Assembly (NCBI RefSeq): GCF_030144855.1
Contig: NC_082727.1
Coordinates: forward strand, 42,036,001-42,100,000
Length of the DNA: 64,000 bases
Direction of reading: 5' to 3'
From: Hypanus sabinus
Lineage: Eukaryota
Shown here: positions 1 to 12,006 of the stretch, one piece after another
Numbering within the stretch: the stretch's first letter is position 1
Layout of the letters: the number at the start of each line of letters is the position of its first letter
Translations under genes and position numbers: made by a program
The notes under the pieces: model-generated
Told to the model about the DNA's origin: nothing
Seen by the model: the letters and a program-made list of their open reading frames with translations, nothing else
The model's database searches: none

Positions 1-467
1 GGTTTAATATCACTGAATTGTGTCATGAAATTTGTTGTTTTGCAACAGCTGTACATTGCGATACATAATAATAGAACTAAAAATTACGATAAATATACAC
101 ATGTATATAAATAATCCAACAGGAGAGCAAAATAAAAAAAATGCCAGTTATCTTCTGCTTAATTGGCAAGTGAATCACCTCCCTGTGAGTACTTATCCTG
201 CTGAACTATTTTGCATTGAATTAAATTAGTTGCAAGGTTAAGCAGGTCCTGTGGATTGATGATCCTGTTCCACATGGGTTTGTCAGAGTTTCTCTCCTTC
301 GGCTGAGCTAGGAGAGATCCAGCCCTTCCCCACACCTCCACGCACCCACCGACCCGGTCTCCTTGATTTGGGAATAGTAATAATCACTTTATCCTGATTG
401 AAAATGTGTAGGGTTTGCTTTTCTATATCAAGCAATGTGATAAAAAGTATAAAGAGTGAAGATCATA

Positions 468-640
468 AACACAAGAGATTCTGCATTTAAGCTGGAAATC
501 CAGAGCACCACTCACAAAATGCTGGAGGAAGACAGCAGTGTTTCAGGTCATGATGAAGGGTCTTGGCCAGAAATGTTGATTCTTTATTCCTCTACATAGA
601 TGCTGCCTGACCTGTTCATCCAGCATTTTGTGTGTGTGTT
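468..640. mobile_element. Fold-back Penelope-like terminal mini-element with degenerate hammerhead motif
   Basis: Inverted PLE tail (aacacaagagattctgca...cacaaaatgctggaggaa), then tgatgaagggtcttggccagaaa, then forward tail ccagcattttgtgtgtgt. Confidence 0.6.
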
Positions 641-1811
641 AATATGAAGATTCATTTCAAATTCATTTCAAATTTAATTAATTCCAGCTGAAGTAGTTTG
701 TGATGTTTCAAGATCATGTGCTGAAAGCCTGTAAACAAAGAAAGTTATCTTTTAACCTTGTGCTCTAGTGGTGGATGAACTCTTCTCTTCTTCCTGAATT
801 AAAGGTGCTATAGTTTGTGTTACAAATAGTTGTGAACTGTCCATTTTGCTGCAGATATTTCCAGACACATCTGTTTTACGATGACTTCTACTCTGCCTCT
901 GGATTTTCAATTGAATAATCTTTTGATAGTGCTTTGGAAGGCAGTAAACAAGGTCATTAATCTACACTATAGATGAGTTGTGTTCTACTGCAATAAATTC
1001 AGTTTGGAAAGGGCAGTAAGCACTAGAAAATAAATTTTGTTGTTTTATGTATTGTGTTAACCTCTTGCATACCAAATGTCCTCTTCTGCTTCATGCAATA
1101 TACCGTAAATATGATTTCATTACATCATCAAAATATTGCTTTATTAAATTTATTCAGCATTTCCAAAGCAGACTTAGAATGGGTCGGAAAGCTTGCTGTA
1201 GACTCACAGCAGCCTGAATATGATATAAATTTTGTCTACTGCTGTTATACATGCAAATAAATATCCCTTAACTATCACAATGTAGAAATATTGTGCACTG
1301 CTGATTTGAAAGAATCGGAACTTCATATCTATTCCGTAATCAACACCTGTGTTACAGATTATCTTGGTATTATCACATCCCTTCTTTTGAGAATTGGCTG
1401 TCCCGTTCCCAACACTACAGCGGTGCCCACACATAAAAAAACATTTCATGGGTTGTTCTGATGTCATATGCAAATGAAAGTCTTTTTGCCATGTCTTTCA
1501 TCTAAGCTAGTTCCCAGGATGTAGATGTCACTGGTATTTATTATGGCTACTCAAATAACTTGATGTGAGAAAGAGGTCAGGAGCCAGGCACATTGACACT
1601 GGTCCAGAGTCACGTGCAGGCCAGACTGCATAAGGGCAGCAGACTTCCTTCTTGAAAGTACATTTTTTAACGATAATCCAACAGATTCAAGGTTGCAATT
1701 GTTGGTTTGCTTAGTAACTTGAATTTATATTGCCCAGTTTCAATGCAAGGATTCAGCCTCACATCTGTAATTCAAAAGGGTATTCTACTTTTTCTCTGGA
1801 CTTTCAAAGAA

Positions 1812-1921
1812 CACAGAACATAGAAATCTACAGCACATTGCAGGCCATTCGGCCCACAATGTTGTGCCAACCACGTAACCTACTCTAGAAACTGCCTAGA
1901 ATTTCCCTACCTCATAGCCCT
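1812..1921 (-). mobile_element. CR1/HER1-like LINE 3' end fragment
   Basis: gaacatagaaatctacagcac...ggcccacaatgttgtgcc...ctagaatttccct, shared with 52075-52625 and with the reverse complement of 26580-26922. Confidence 0.7.
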
Positions 1922-2847
1922 TTAATTCAATTAGAGCACAGATCCAGTAATATAACCTTTAACCTAAGAACACATGTCCTGTAATACATCTATGCTACCA
2001 CTTATCTAACACAATACGAATAATTACTCAATCTTTTCCTGCCAGAGACTGCAATCCCTGTTATTTACATAATGAAACATTGTTCCTCTGCATCATATAA
2101 CACATTTGTAGTTATCCCTTTAAGAAGCAGAGTTTTTATTTTTTTCTTTACTCTTCCCCCTTCCCTTCCAACCTTCTATTATTTACATTATTATCAAAAA
2201 TAACAACAGAAATAATAGAAGAGAGGATTGGCAGGGATTTTTTTTTCTCCTGTGGTTTCAGCCATCTCACCAGTCAGACCTCAGCCAAATGAATTCATTT
2301 TATGTAATATAAAGGAACAGTTGAGAAGACTGGTTGCAGAAAATGATATGGGACCAGATGATATCCCAACTGCTTTTCTGCAGACTTGTATTCCAGAACT
2401 AGATTATAGCCAAGCTGTTCTATGACTGGACCAGCACTATAGCACTAGGCTCCAGCCAGAATTGTAGAAAATTACCTCAGCATGTGTGATGCATTGAAGG
2501 AACAAATCTCAGGTCCAGATTGTTAGTTTAATTGTTACTTGCAGTCTAAGGCACAAAATAACATGTAGACTTGAACCTGAACTTTGAGAATTAAATAAAG
2601 CCAAAGCAAGCAATGCATTGTTCCTGGAACTCAAGTCCAAGAAAACTTTTCCAAGATCTTTTGGAGTTCAAAAACCACCTGGATAAAATTCATGACACAT
2701 CTGTGTTTTTATTAGTTCTTTCATCCTGTCCATGGTTACCTTTCCAGATGTATGAAAAATTGAGGTTAGCAGAAATAAAAACAGAATGGTGATGACATGC
2801 AAGCCCCAGAACTGTGTATGTATTCCTGCTCAAAGGGTGAGTTACAC

Positions 2848-3030
2848 TGGCCAATGGTGTAGTAGCATCTGCGCTGGACTTCGAGGCGAGTGATCCCGGG
2901 TTCAAATCCAGCTGGCACCTTGCACACTTTCCATATGTGCTGGGTTGAGTGTCGAGCTAGCAACTCAGCCTCATGAAAAGACAGAGAAAGAAATGCTAAA
3001 GGAATGATAAGGTTGCCACCCAATGTGCCA
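2848..3030 (+). mobile_element. tRNA-derived SINE
   Basis: A-box-like tggccaatggtgtagtagc and B-box gggttcaaatcc (2898-2909); second copy at 31249-31430. Confidence 0.7.
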
Positions 3031-3529
3031 CAAGCTGTGTTACTCCATCAATGCACCCCTCCTGCCACAAGATTAATAGGTTGACATATCATTTTAGGCA
3101 CCACACACATTGCATCTACTTTAAGTGGCTAAATGCACTAAAGACTAACATTTAATAAAAAAAAACATTTAATATGAAGGGATAGGATTCTATTCAGGTG
3201 AGGAAGGTTTTAATAGGTGCAGCCTAAAAGTGTCAAAGTGGATGTTTGACATTCTGACATAAATGGCAGGAGATAAATACTGACAGCAATGTGAGCTCAC
3301 TTTTTTGACAGAGCTGCACACTGGTCAAGATGTTGGGTTTGGATAACATGATCATTTTTATGTTGTTAATCTCCCTGCTCTTTTCATTTTCCCTGATGCA
3401 TTAGGTGTAGTGGTAGGTAATGGTCACCAATAACTATTTTATCTTGTAAGTTGCTGGAACTACAGGAAGACTTAGAGAAATTGCATTAGATTTACTTAAT
3501 ATTCCAGAAATAAGACATATGTGTATCTT

Positions 3530-5910
3530 TCCAGGTGAGGCAACACTTCAGCTGTGTATGGCTAGGGTTGTCTATTGTGTTGGGTGCTGCTGATGCAGCA
3601 TCCTTTAAATTGGTGTCCCTTTTCCATTTGTCCCTCCCCATTAATCTACTACCCCCGGTACTTATTGCTGCAAGGGGCCTAAACATTACACCTTGGTAAA
3701 AACGCCATCTTTTTCTCTCAGTTCTTCTCACTCCTCTGCACCTGCTCTCAGGATGAGGCTTTTCACTCCAGAATTAATGAGATGTCTTCCTGCTTCAAAG
3801 AGAGGGGCTTTCCTTCCTCCACCATCAACACTGCCCTCATCCTGTCCTTCCGCCACCCCAGCAAGGATAGGGCTCCTCTTATTCTCACTTACCACCCCAG
3901 TAGCCTCAGTGTCTAGCTCATAATCCTCCGTAACTTCTACCATGTCCAATGGAATCCCACCACCAATCACATCTTTCCCACTTTCAGCTTCCTACAGGGA
4001 TCACTCCCAATGTGCCTCCCTTGTCTATTCATGCCTCCCCACTGGTCTCCCTCCTGTTACATCCTTGCAAGTGGAACAAGTGCCATGCCTACCCCTACAC
4101 TTCCTTCCTCACTACTAGTCAGGGTCCCAAACAAGGCAAAGGATTGTTAGACTCTTGATTAGTCTGGGCATTAAGGGTTATGGTGAGAAGGCAGGAGACT
4201 GGGGCTGAGAGGAAAATTGGATCAGCCATGATGAAATGGTGGAGCAGACTTAATGGGCGAAATGGCCTAATTCTGCTCCTATATCTTATGGTCTTATGGT
4301 GAGGCAACCCTTCACCAGTGAGGCTTTTGGGGTCATCTACTCTATCTGCTGCTCGTGGTGTGACCTCCTGTATATTTGTGAGACCCAACGTAGATTTGAA
4401 GACTGCTTCACTGAGCACCTACACTCCATCTGCCAGAAAAAGCGGGATCTCCTGGAGGCCACCCATTTTAATTCTACTTTCTATTCCCATTCTGGCATGT
4501 CAGTCCATGACCTCCTCTACTGCCACAATGAGGCCACACTCAGGTTGGAGGAGCAACACCTTATATTCCACCTGGATAGCCTCCAAACTGATTGCATGAA
4601 CATCAATTTCTTGAACTTCTGGTAATTGTCGCATCCCCCTCCCCACCTTTCACAATTCCCATTCCTATTTTCCTCTCTCACCTTATCTCTTTATCTGCCT
4701 GTCACCTCTAATTGGTGCTCCACCCTCTTCCCTTTCTTCCATGGTCTTCTACTCAGTCCTATCAGATTCCCCTTCTCCAATTCTTTGTCTCTTTCACCTA
4801 TGAACTCTTTACTTCACTCCTCCCCCTCTCCCAGTTTCACCTATCACTTACCACCTTGTACATTTTCTTCCCCTCCTCCTAACTTCTTGCTCTAACTTCT
4901 CATCTTTTTTTCCAGTCCTGATGAAGGGTCTTGGCCACAAGCGTCAACTGTTTACTTTCTTCCTTAGATGCTACTTGGTGTGCTGAGTTCCAGCATTTTG
5001 TGTGTGTTGTTAAGTGCTACACCTGCCCATTCCCCTCCTTCTCCACCTCCATTCGGGGCCCAAGATGGTCCTTGGAGGTGAGGCAACACTCTATGCGTGA
5101 CTAGGCTGGGGTTGTTTATTGTGTTCAGTGTTCTCAATGCGGCCTCCTCTACACTGGTGACCTTGTCCATTCATTCCTCCCCACTAAACTGCCCTCTTGT
5201 ACTTAGCCCTGAAAGTGGCCCATCTGCTACGCCTGACATTCACCTCCCGCACCCCACAACCTTCATTGAGACCACCAAACAGTCCTGCCAGATGAGGCAA
5301 CACTTTGCCTGCAAAACAGCTGGAGTTGTACTTTGTGTCCGGTGCTCCCAATGCTCCCTTCTCTCCGTTGGTGAGACCCGTCGTAAATTGAGCGGCTGCT
5401 TCGATGAGCACCTCCACTCCATCCACCAAAAGCAGAACTTCCCAGTACCCAAACATTTTAATTCTGATACCCATGCCCATTCTGACATGTCAGTCCATGG
5501 CCTCCTCTTGTGCCAAGACAAGCACACCCTCAGGGTGAAGGAGCAAAACCTTATATTCTTCCTAGGTAGCCTCCAAACAGATAGCATGAAAAATTTCTCC
5601 TTCCGGTAAAAGAAAATTATTCTGTCCCCATCACCTCTTCTATTTCCCTCTTACTTCCTCTCAACTGCCTATCACCTCCCCCTGACTACTCTCCTCCTTC
5701 TCTTTCTCCTATAATCCACTCCTCCCTCCATTTGGATGCCTTCTTCTCCAACCCTTTATCTTTACAACCCACCTGGCTTCACCTATGATCTTTTAGCTGC
5801 CTTCCTTCCCCTGCCGCCACATTTTATTCTGGCATCTTCCCCTTTCCTTTTCAGTGCCTGAAGCATTGACTACTTACTCATTTCCATAGAGTTCCTCCGG
5901 CATTGTGTGT
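3530..5910 (+). mobile_element. Cluster of partial tandem Penelope-like element remnants (GIY-YIG endonuclease ends)
   Basis: ORFs 4296-4625 and 5097-5609 encode degenerate GIY-YIG domains (VIYSICCS...LYICET; VVLCVRCSQC...VGETRR). The motif 'aggtgaggcaacac' recurs at ~3533, ~4298, ~5077 and ~5291. Hammerhead-type terminus at 4913-4950. Confidence 0.8.
4134..4296 (+). mobile_element. CR1 3' end nested in the Penelope-like remnant
   Basis: Ends in tggcctaattctgctcctatatcttatggtcttatgg (CR1-type 3' repeat) and interrupts the PLE reading frame. Confidence 0.7.
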
Positions 5911-6576
5911 GTTGATTTTAATTCTGTAACTTCCTTTAAGATCTGTTTATTATATTTTGCATCTTAATTCAGATTCTATTTTCATTGCCAATACAAAAAA
6001 AATGAGAAAATGTGTTTCCTCTTCAGCATTTCTTCTAAATTTTATCTCCATTGTTTTCTTTGAATTTATACAAGATTGACAAATAATTCTTTGAATTACT
6101 CTAAGCTGGAACGCCTTCATGCATTTATCTATGTCACTGGCTGATTATTTTTCAGGACTGGAAATGAGTGTTTACAGCATTTTTACATTTGAGCTTTCAG
6201 ACATGCTCTTGCATTTCAGAGGAAGAGAGAATAAATGTTCTCAGGAATTTTTTTTACATGTTACACCAAACTTGAGTGAATTGTTGAGAAGCACAAGAGG
6301 TGTGAAAACTCTTTTAATTTGGTTATGTGGTTTCTGCAGTTGAGTTTGCTGCACATTCATTCACCATCTTATGAGTAAACCTAAATCAACACCTTTGTGA
6401 GTTGTTAGACAAACCAATCAGAGCAACACTTTGGCCAACAGAATTTACAAGAACAGACAATGTAATCTCTCAACTTCTGGACTGAAATTCAAACTTATAA
6501 ATGGAGAATTATCTGAGTAACGTATAGTTTTTGTGTTAATAAAACTTGAACAGCGGGAGCCAATATGCATTAAATG

Positions 6577-7317
6577 CAGTGGATTCGGGTTAGTTGAAAC
6601 ATATCGCAACCAGTATATTTTGGCCCAATTAAGCAATTGTCGCAATTAGCCAAGTAGTTAGAAAGGCATAAAAATGACAGACTGAGTAAGAAATTAACTA
6701 CTTAACTAAAATGTAGAATAAATTATAACAATGCTTATAGCACCATGGTACAATAACACTACACATTAGTTCCTAATAGTTATTGACAGAGGAATTCATC
6801 CAGTGCACACAATGAACAAAATCAGCGCAGACACCTAGTGCAGATAATGGACTGCCTTCATACACTGCTTTCAATGTCTGCATCCTCCAAATTTTTATTT
6901 TCATTGTCAATTTCAAGATGAATGTCTACACCTATAAATGAAGTACTGTAGTGAAAACGTTTCGTTTTCACTCCTGGCCGTTTCTGGCATCTCCATGCCT
7001 GAACGCTTGAAACCACAGTGAACAAAGCGGTTCTGAATTGTCTTGCTGCTTATTTCTTGCCAACTATCAGTGACAAAAATCGCTGCTTTTTGAGCACAAA
7101 CACACACAACTGATGCTATTCAAAAGCTGTTCACAATAGCGTCTAACAGTCTGGCCACACAAGTGTGCGCAAATGACACTAGTTTGGCCACAGTCTCCTT
7201 CCCCAACTAAGAGTCATGGTGTCCCAAATAATTGAAAGCAGAAAAATACACAAAAAATGCTTGTTCTTTAAGAGATGCCCCAAATAAGTGGCTGCCCCAA
7301 TTAACCGGAATCCACAG
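6577..7317 (-). mobile_element. pogo/Tigger-like non-autonomous DNA transposon
   Basis: Imperfect TIRs cagtggattcgggttagttg / caattaaccggaatccacag followed by TA. Minus ORF 6913-7107 resembles a pogo transposase C-terminus (SWQEISSKTIQNRFVHCGF). Related copy at 61293-62056. Confidence 0.65.
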
Positions 7318-7434
7318 TATTGGATGCTGGGATAGGAAATGTTGCACTAACTTTATTAATACTGCTTGCAACTGTCTAAAGAACAATGCTTCCAAGTAAC
7401 ACATGTCACCATAAAGTTTGGTGAACCTGGGCAT

Positions 7435-7800
7435 ATGAATATAAGAATCAGGAGCAGGAGTAGGCCATTCATTTCCTCTAGTCGGCCCTATTATTCATTA
7501 AGATCATAGCATATTTGATTATAATCATATTCCTGCATTACTGTCCACTTATGGTAATATTTCACTCTTATACTTATAAATATTCAAATACTGTCATGGT
7601 TCCTATTGGGCTGTTCCCCTTTAACGCTCCTTTCTCCCTGATTATGCCCTAATTTCAGTCATTAGATCTCAAATTGCTGCTAGTTTACTCTTGACAATTT
7701 TTATCAGAGACCAGTACTGCACACAATACTCTAGATGTGGCCTCACCAGCGGCATTTATAACTGAAGCATAAACTCGCTGCTTTTATCTTTGACTTCCTG
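7435..7800 (-). mobile_element. Degenerate CR1 3' fragment
   Basis: aggagcaggagtaggccattc tail and actgcacacaatactctagatgtggcctcacc (reverse complement of the VRPHLEYCVQ region). Confidence 0.55.
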
Positions 7801-7842
7801 GCAGTAAATTATCACATTCTGTTAGATTTCCCAGTTACTTCC

Positions 7843-8056
7843 TGTGGTGAACTATGTGCCTGTCTGGACACGCTCCCTGCTGACTGCTCCTGTGGCTCCT
7901 CCCACAGGCCCCTGTATAAAGGCGATCTGAGGCCTGACGCTCGGCCTCAGTCTCCAGGACATGGTATGATGGACACTCACTCCTGGTTCCTTCTTCCAGT
8001 CAATAAAAGCCGATATCTCGCCTTACGTCTCAGTGTGAGTTATTGATGGTGCATCA
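7843..8056 (+). repeat. 5' LTR of Gypsy copy 1
   Basis: TGTGGTG...GCATCA; TATAAA at 7915-7920; AATAAA at 8002-8007. Confidence 0.95.
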
Positions 8057-8057
8057 A

Positions 8058-8073
8058 TTTTATTGACTGGAAG
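8058..8073 (+). promoter_or_regulatory. Self-complementary primer-binding site (putative self-priming), copy 1
   Basis: TTTTATTGACTGGAAG, one base after the LTR end, is the exact reverse complement of LTR 7993-8008. No TGG-starting tRNA-type PBS is present. Confidence 0.8.
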
Positions 8074-8082
8074 TTTTAAAAC

Positions 8083-11000
8083 ATGGAAACCGTTTTGCGT
8101 CCGGAAAGGTTGGATTTGGACCCTCAAGACCCTGACGCAGCTCTCGCTTTTGAACACTCTCTTGCATGCTTCCAATCGTACTTGGAGGAGGTTCGTGCAA
8201 CTGAACCCGCCGTTATGCACAGAATCCTACTCTCGAGGGTCACCCCCAAAGTTTACTCCATTATCCGGGACCTGCCGACCTACGATGGGGCACTGGACGC
8301 TCTCAAAAGAACACCGTCTACGCTCTCAAAAGAACACCGTCTACGCAAGACATCGTTTAGCTACCCGGCAACAGCGGCCTGGCGAATCGTGCGCTGAGTT
8401 TCTCCGAGCACTACAGACACTCGTCCGACCTTCTGACTGCAAGACGCTCATGGCAGAACAACATGCGGAGCTGCTGATGCGAGACGCCTTTGTGACGGGA
8501 CTGAGGTCAGTGTACATGCGCCAGCGACTGCTGGAAAATGCAGACCTTACCTTAAGCTCGGCGATGGAGACGGCCAACGCTCTAGAAGCTGCTTTGCATA
8601 ATGCTGACGCTGTCCAGTTGCACGATTCCCCGCTGGTTCAGTGGACTCCTCCGACCCCGCCACCGCCGGCTCCCGGGAGCGAATTCGCCAACGCCGCCGC
8701 CAGTCGCGATTCCACGAGCTCCCCGACCCTGACCACGGCTGTGGCCCATCAGAAGCCCATGCTTTGTTATTTCTGCGGCCATAAAAAACACTCTCGACAA
8801 CGCTGTCCAGCGCGAGAAGCGACCTGCTCCAGTTGCGGAAAGTGGGGCCACTTTGTCAAGGTCTGTAAGTCTCAACCTCGAGCGGAGTGCAGTGCTGCAG
8901 GTGAAACGTGGGGGCCGCCATCTTGCATGCCCGGATGTGGGCGGCCATCTTTGTTGACGTCAGCACGCCCCGCCCCCGGCCCTCCGATGCTCACCGGGTC
9001 TCTGGCCACTGTAACTCTCGACCAAAGCGCCCCACACCAGCTTGCAAGGTCCATGATGGACATCCAGGTGGAGGGGCATTGGACTGGATGCCTGTTTGAC
9101 ACGGGCAGCACTGGGAGTTTTATCCACCCGGACACGGTGCAACGCTGCGGTCTCGCAACGCGGCCGGTAAGTCGGAGGTTCCATTTGGCTTCTGGGTCGC
9201 AGTCCACAGACATCCGGGCGGGTTGTGTAGCGACTTTGGTGGTGCAAGGCACAGAATATCGGAACTTTGATCTACTGGTCATGCCTAATCTGTGCGCACC
9301 TGTGCTATTGGGGCCATCTCGAAAGTGTGACTATGGTATATGACGGGCCCCTCCCACCACTCACTGTCTGGAATCCTCAGTTTTGTGGGACTTCTTCACA
9401 TTCCCCGCTACTGACCACACACACACACGGGCACACACATCCCATCCAGAACTAGGCCGACAGCTGCGCTATTGACACCACTTGCAGCCTCTCCACTCTC
9501 AAGGTCCCTCCCCCACCGCTGTTCGGCAACCTGACCCCTGACTGTAAGCCTGTGGCAACTAAAAGCAGGAGGTACAGTGCGGGGGACAGGGCCTTCATTC
9601 AGTCGGAGGTGCAGTGGCTGCTCAGGGAGGGGATCATTGAGCCAAGCTCAAGCCCTTGGAGGGCCCAGGTGGTTGTTGTTTGGACTGGGCAGAAAAATAG
9701 ATGGTGGTGGACTATAGTCAAACCATCAATAGGTTTACGCAGCTTGACGCGTACCCCCTACCCCGCATCATGGATATGGTCAACCAGATTGCTCAGTACA
9801 AGGTGTACTCGACAATAGATCTGAAATCCGCTTATCACCAGCTCCCCATCTGCCCAGAGGACCGCCCCTACACCGCCTTCAAGGCGGGCGGCAGGCTCTA
9901 TCACTTCCTGCGCGTCCCTTTCGGTGTCACGAATGGTGTCTCTGTCTTCCAGAGGGAAATGGACCGGATGGTGGACCAGTACCAACTGCAGGCCACATTT
10001 CCCTATCTGGATAACATCACCATCTGTGGTCACGACAGGCCAGATCATGACGCCAACCTCCAACGATTTCTCCAAGTGGCCGCAGCTCTGAACCTTACTT
10101 ATAACAGGGACAAGTGTGTGTTTGGAACCACCCGCCTTGCTATACTTGGGTATGTCGTGGAAAACGGGGTTATTGGCCCTGATCCCGAACGTATGCGCCC
10201 CCTGTTAGAACTCCCTCTTCCCACCACTCTCAAGGCCCTCAGATGGTGCCTGGGTTTTTTTCCTATTACGCCCAATGGGTCCCCCATTACGCAGACAAGG
10301 CACGCCCCCTGGTCGTCTACCTCGTTTCCCCTCTCTGCTGAGGCCCGCGCGGCCTTCAGCTGCATTAAAGAGGATATTGCCAAAGCTACGATGCATGCCG
10401 TGGACGAGACCGCTCCCTTCCAAGTGGAGTGTGATGCCTCCGATTTTGCTCTGGCTGCTACCCTCAATCAGGAAGGCAGACCAGTAGCATTCTTTTCTCG
10501 CACCCTCCAAGGCTCCGAAATTCGGCACTCCGCGGTGGAGAAAGAAGCCCAGGCCATAGTGGAGGCTGTTAGGCACTGGAGGCACTATCTCACCAGCAAA
10601 AGGTTCACCTTGCTGACCGACCAGCGCTCGGTTGCATTCCTGTTCAGCAACCAACAGCGGGGCAAAATCAAAAATGATAAGATTTTGTGGTGGAGAATAG
10701 AACTCTCCACCTACACCTATGATATCCTGTACCGGCCTGGCAGACTCAATGAGCCCCCTGATGCCCTATCCCGGGGAACATGTGCTAGCACACAGCTCGA
10801 CCAGCTGTACACCCTTCATGCACAACTTTGCCATCCGAGGGTCACCCGATTTTACCATTTTGTGAAAGCTCGGAACCTGCCATACTCCCTGGAGGATATC
10901 AGGATGATGACCAGGGACTGCCAAATTTGCGCTGAGTGCAAACCGCACTTCTACCGTCCTGACACGGCACAACTTGTCAAGGCCACCCGCCCTTTTGAAC

Positions 11001-11962
11001 GACTGAGTGTTGACTTTAAGGGCCCCCTTCCCTCCACTGACCGCAATGTCTATTTTCTCAGTGTTATTGACGAGTACTCACGGTTCCCCTTTGCCATCCC
11101 CTGCCCCGACACCACTGCCACGTCCGTCATAAAAGCCCTGCGCCAGCTCTTCACTCTGTTCGGGTATCCCTGCTATATCCACAGTGATAGAGGGTCCTCC
11201 TTTATGAGTGAGGAGCTGCGCCAGTACTTGCTAGCTAGGGGCATTGCTACCAGTCGGACCACGGGTTATAATCCCCGGGGTAATGGCCAGGTGGAGCGGG
11301 AGAATGCCACAGTGTGGAAGGCCACACTTTTAGCCCTTAAGTCAAAAGGGTTGCCGGTCTCTCGATGGCAGGAGGTCCTCCCTGAGGCACTGCACTCTAT
11401 CCGCTCTCTGTTATGTACATCCACCAATGCCACCCCTCACGAACGCCTATTCTCTTTTCCCAGGAAGTCTGTCACTGGGACCACCCTACCAGTTTGGCTG
11501 ACGTCCCCGGGGCCAGTGCTGCTCCGGAAACATGTGAGGAGCAATAAATACTCCCCGCTGGTAGAGAGGGTTCACCTTCTACATGCGAACCCCCAGTATG
11601 CTTACGTGGTCTTACCTGATGGGTGGGAGGACACGGTCTCCATCCGCGACCTGGCACCCGCAGGTGCAGCAGACCACTACCCAGAAGGCTCTCCAGTATC
11701 TATGAACCCTGCACCAGAGGTGACACCGTACTCACCAGGCCCTACACAGACTCCTCACGACACTTGTATACCGGGCGTTTCGTACGCATTTATACCAGGT
11801 GCCTCGCACATGCGTGAGGGATCACCGGCGCCTAGTGGGCAGGAACAAGCGCAACCTCCGTCCCCTGTGCAATCACCAATGTTGCCGGCATCCATGCGAT
11901 CACAGCCGGTGCTACGTAGATCGCAGCGACAGATTCGACCACCTGATAGACTTGACTTGTAA
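8083..11962 (+). pseudogene. Disrupted gag-pol of Gypsy copy 1
   Basis: CCHC knuckles, protease LFDTGS, RT IDLKSAYHQ / YLDN, RNase H ECDAS, integrase HHCC and DDE motifs. Relative to copy 2 there are frameshifts at ~8308-8330, ~9311 (14-nt deletion) and ~9700 (1-nt deletion). Confidence 0.93.
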
Positions 11963-12006
11963 GAAACTTTGCCACATGGGACTCTTTCAAACAAAGGGGG
12001 GGTGAA

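Noticed and set aside
860-920. LFYDDF-like stretch as DNTT exon 7
   Set aside because: Frame closes at a stop and there is no GGFRR end or donor.
2848-2920. tRNA gene
   Set aside because: Only A/B-box similarity; it continues into a SINE body shared with 31249-31430.
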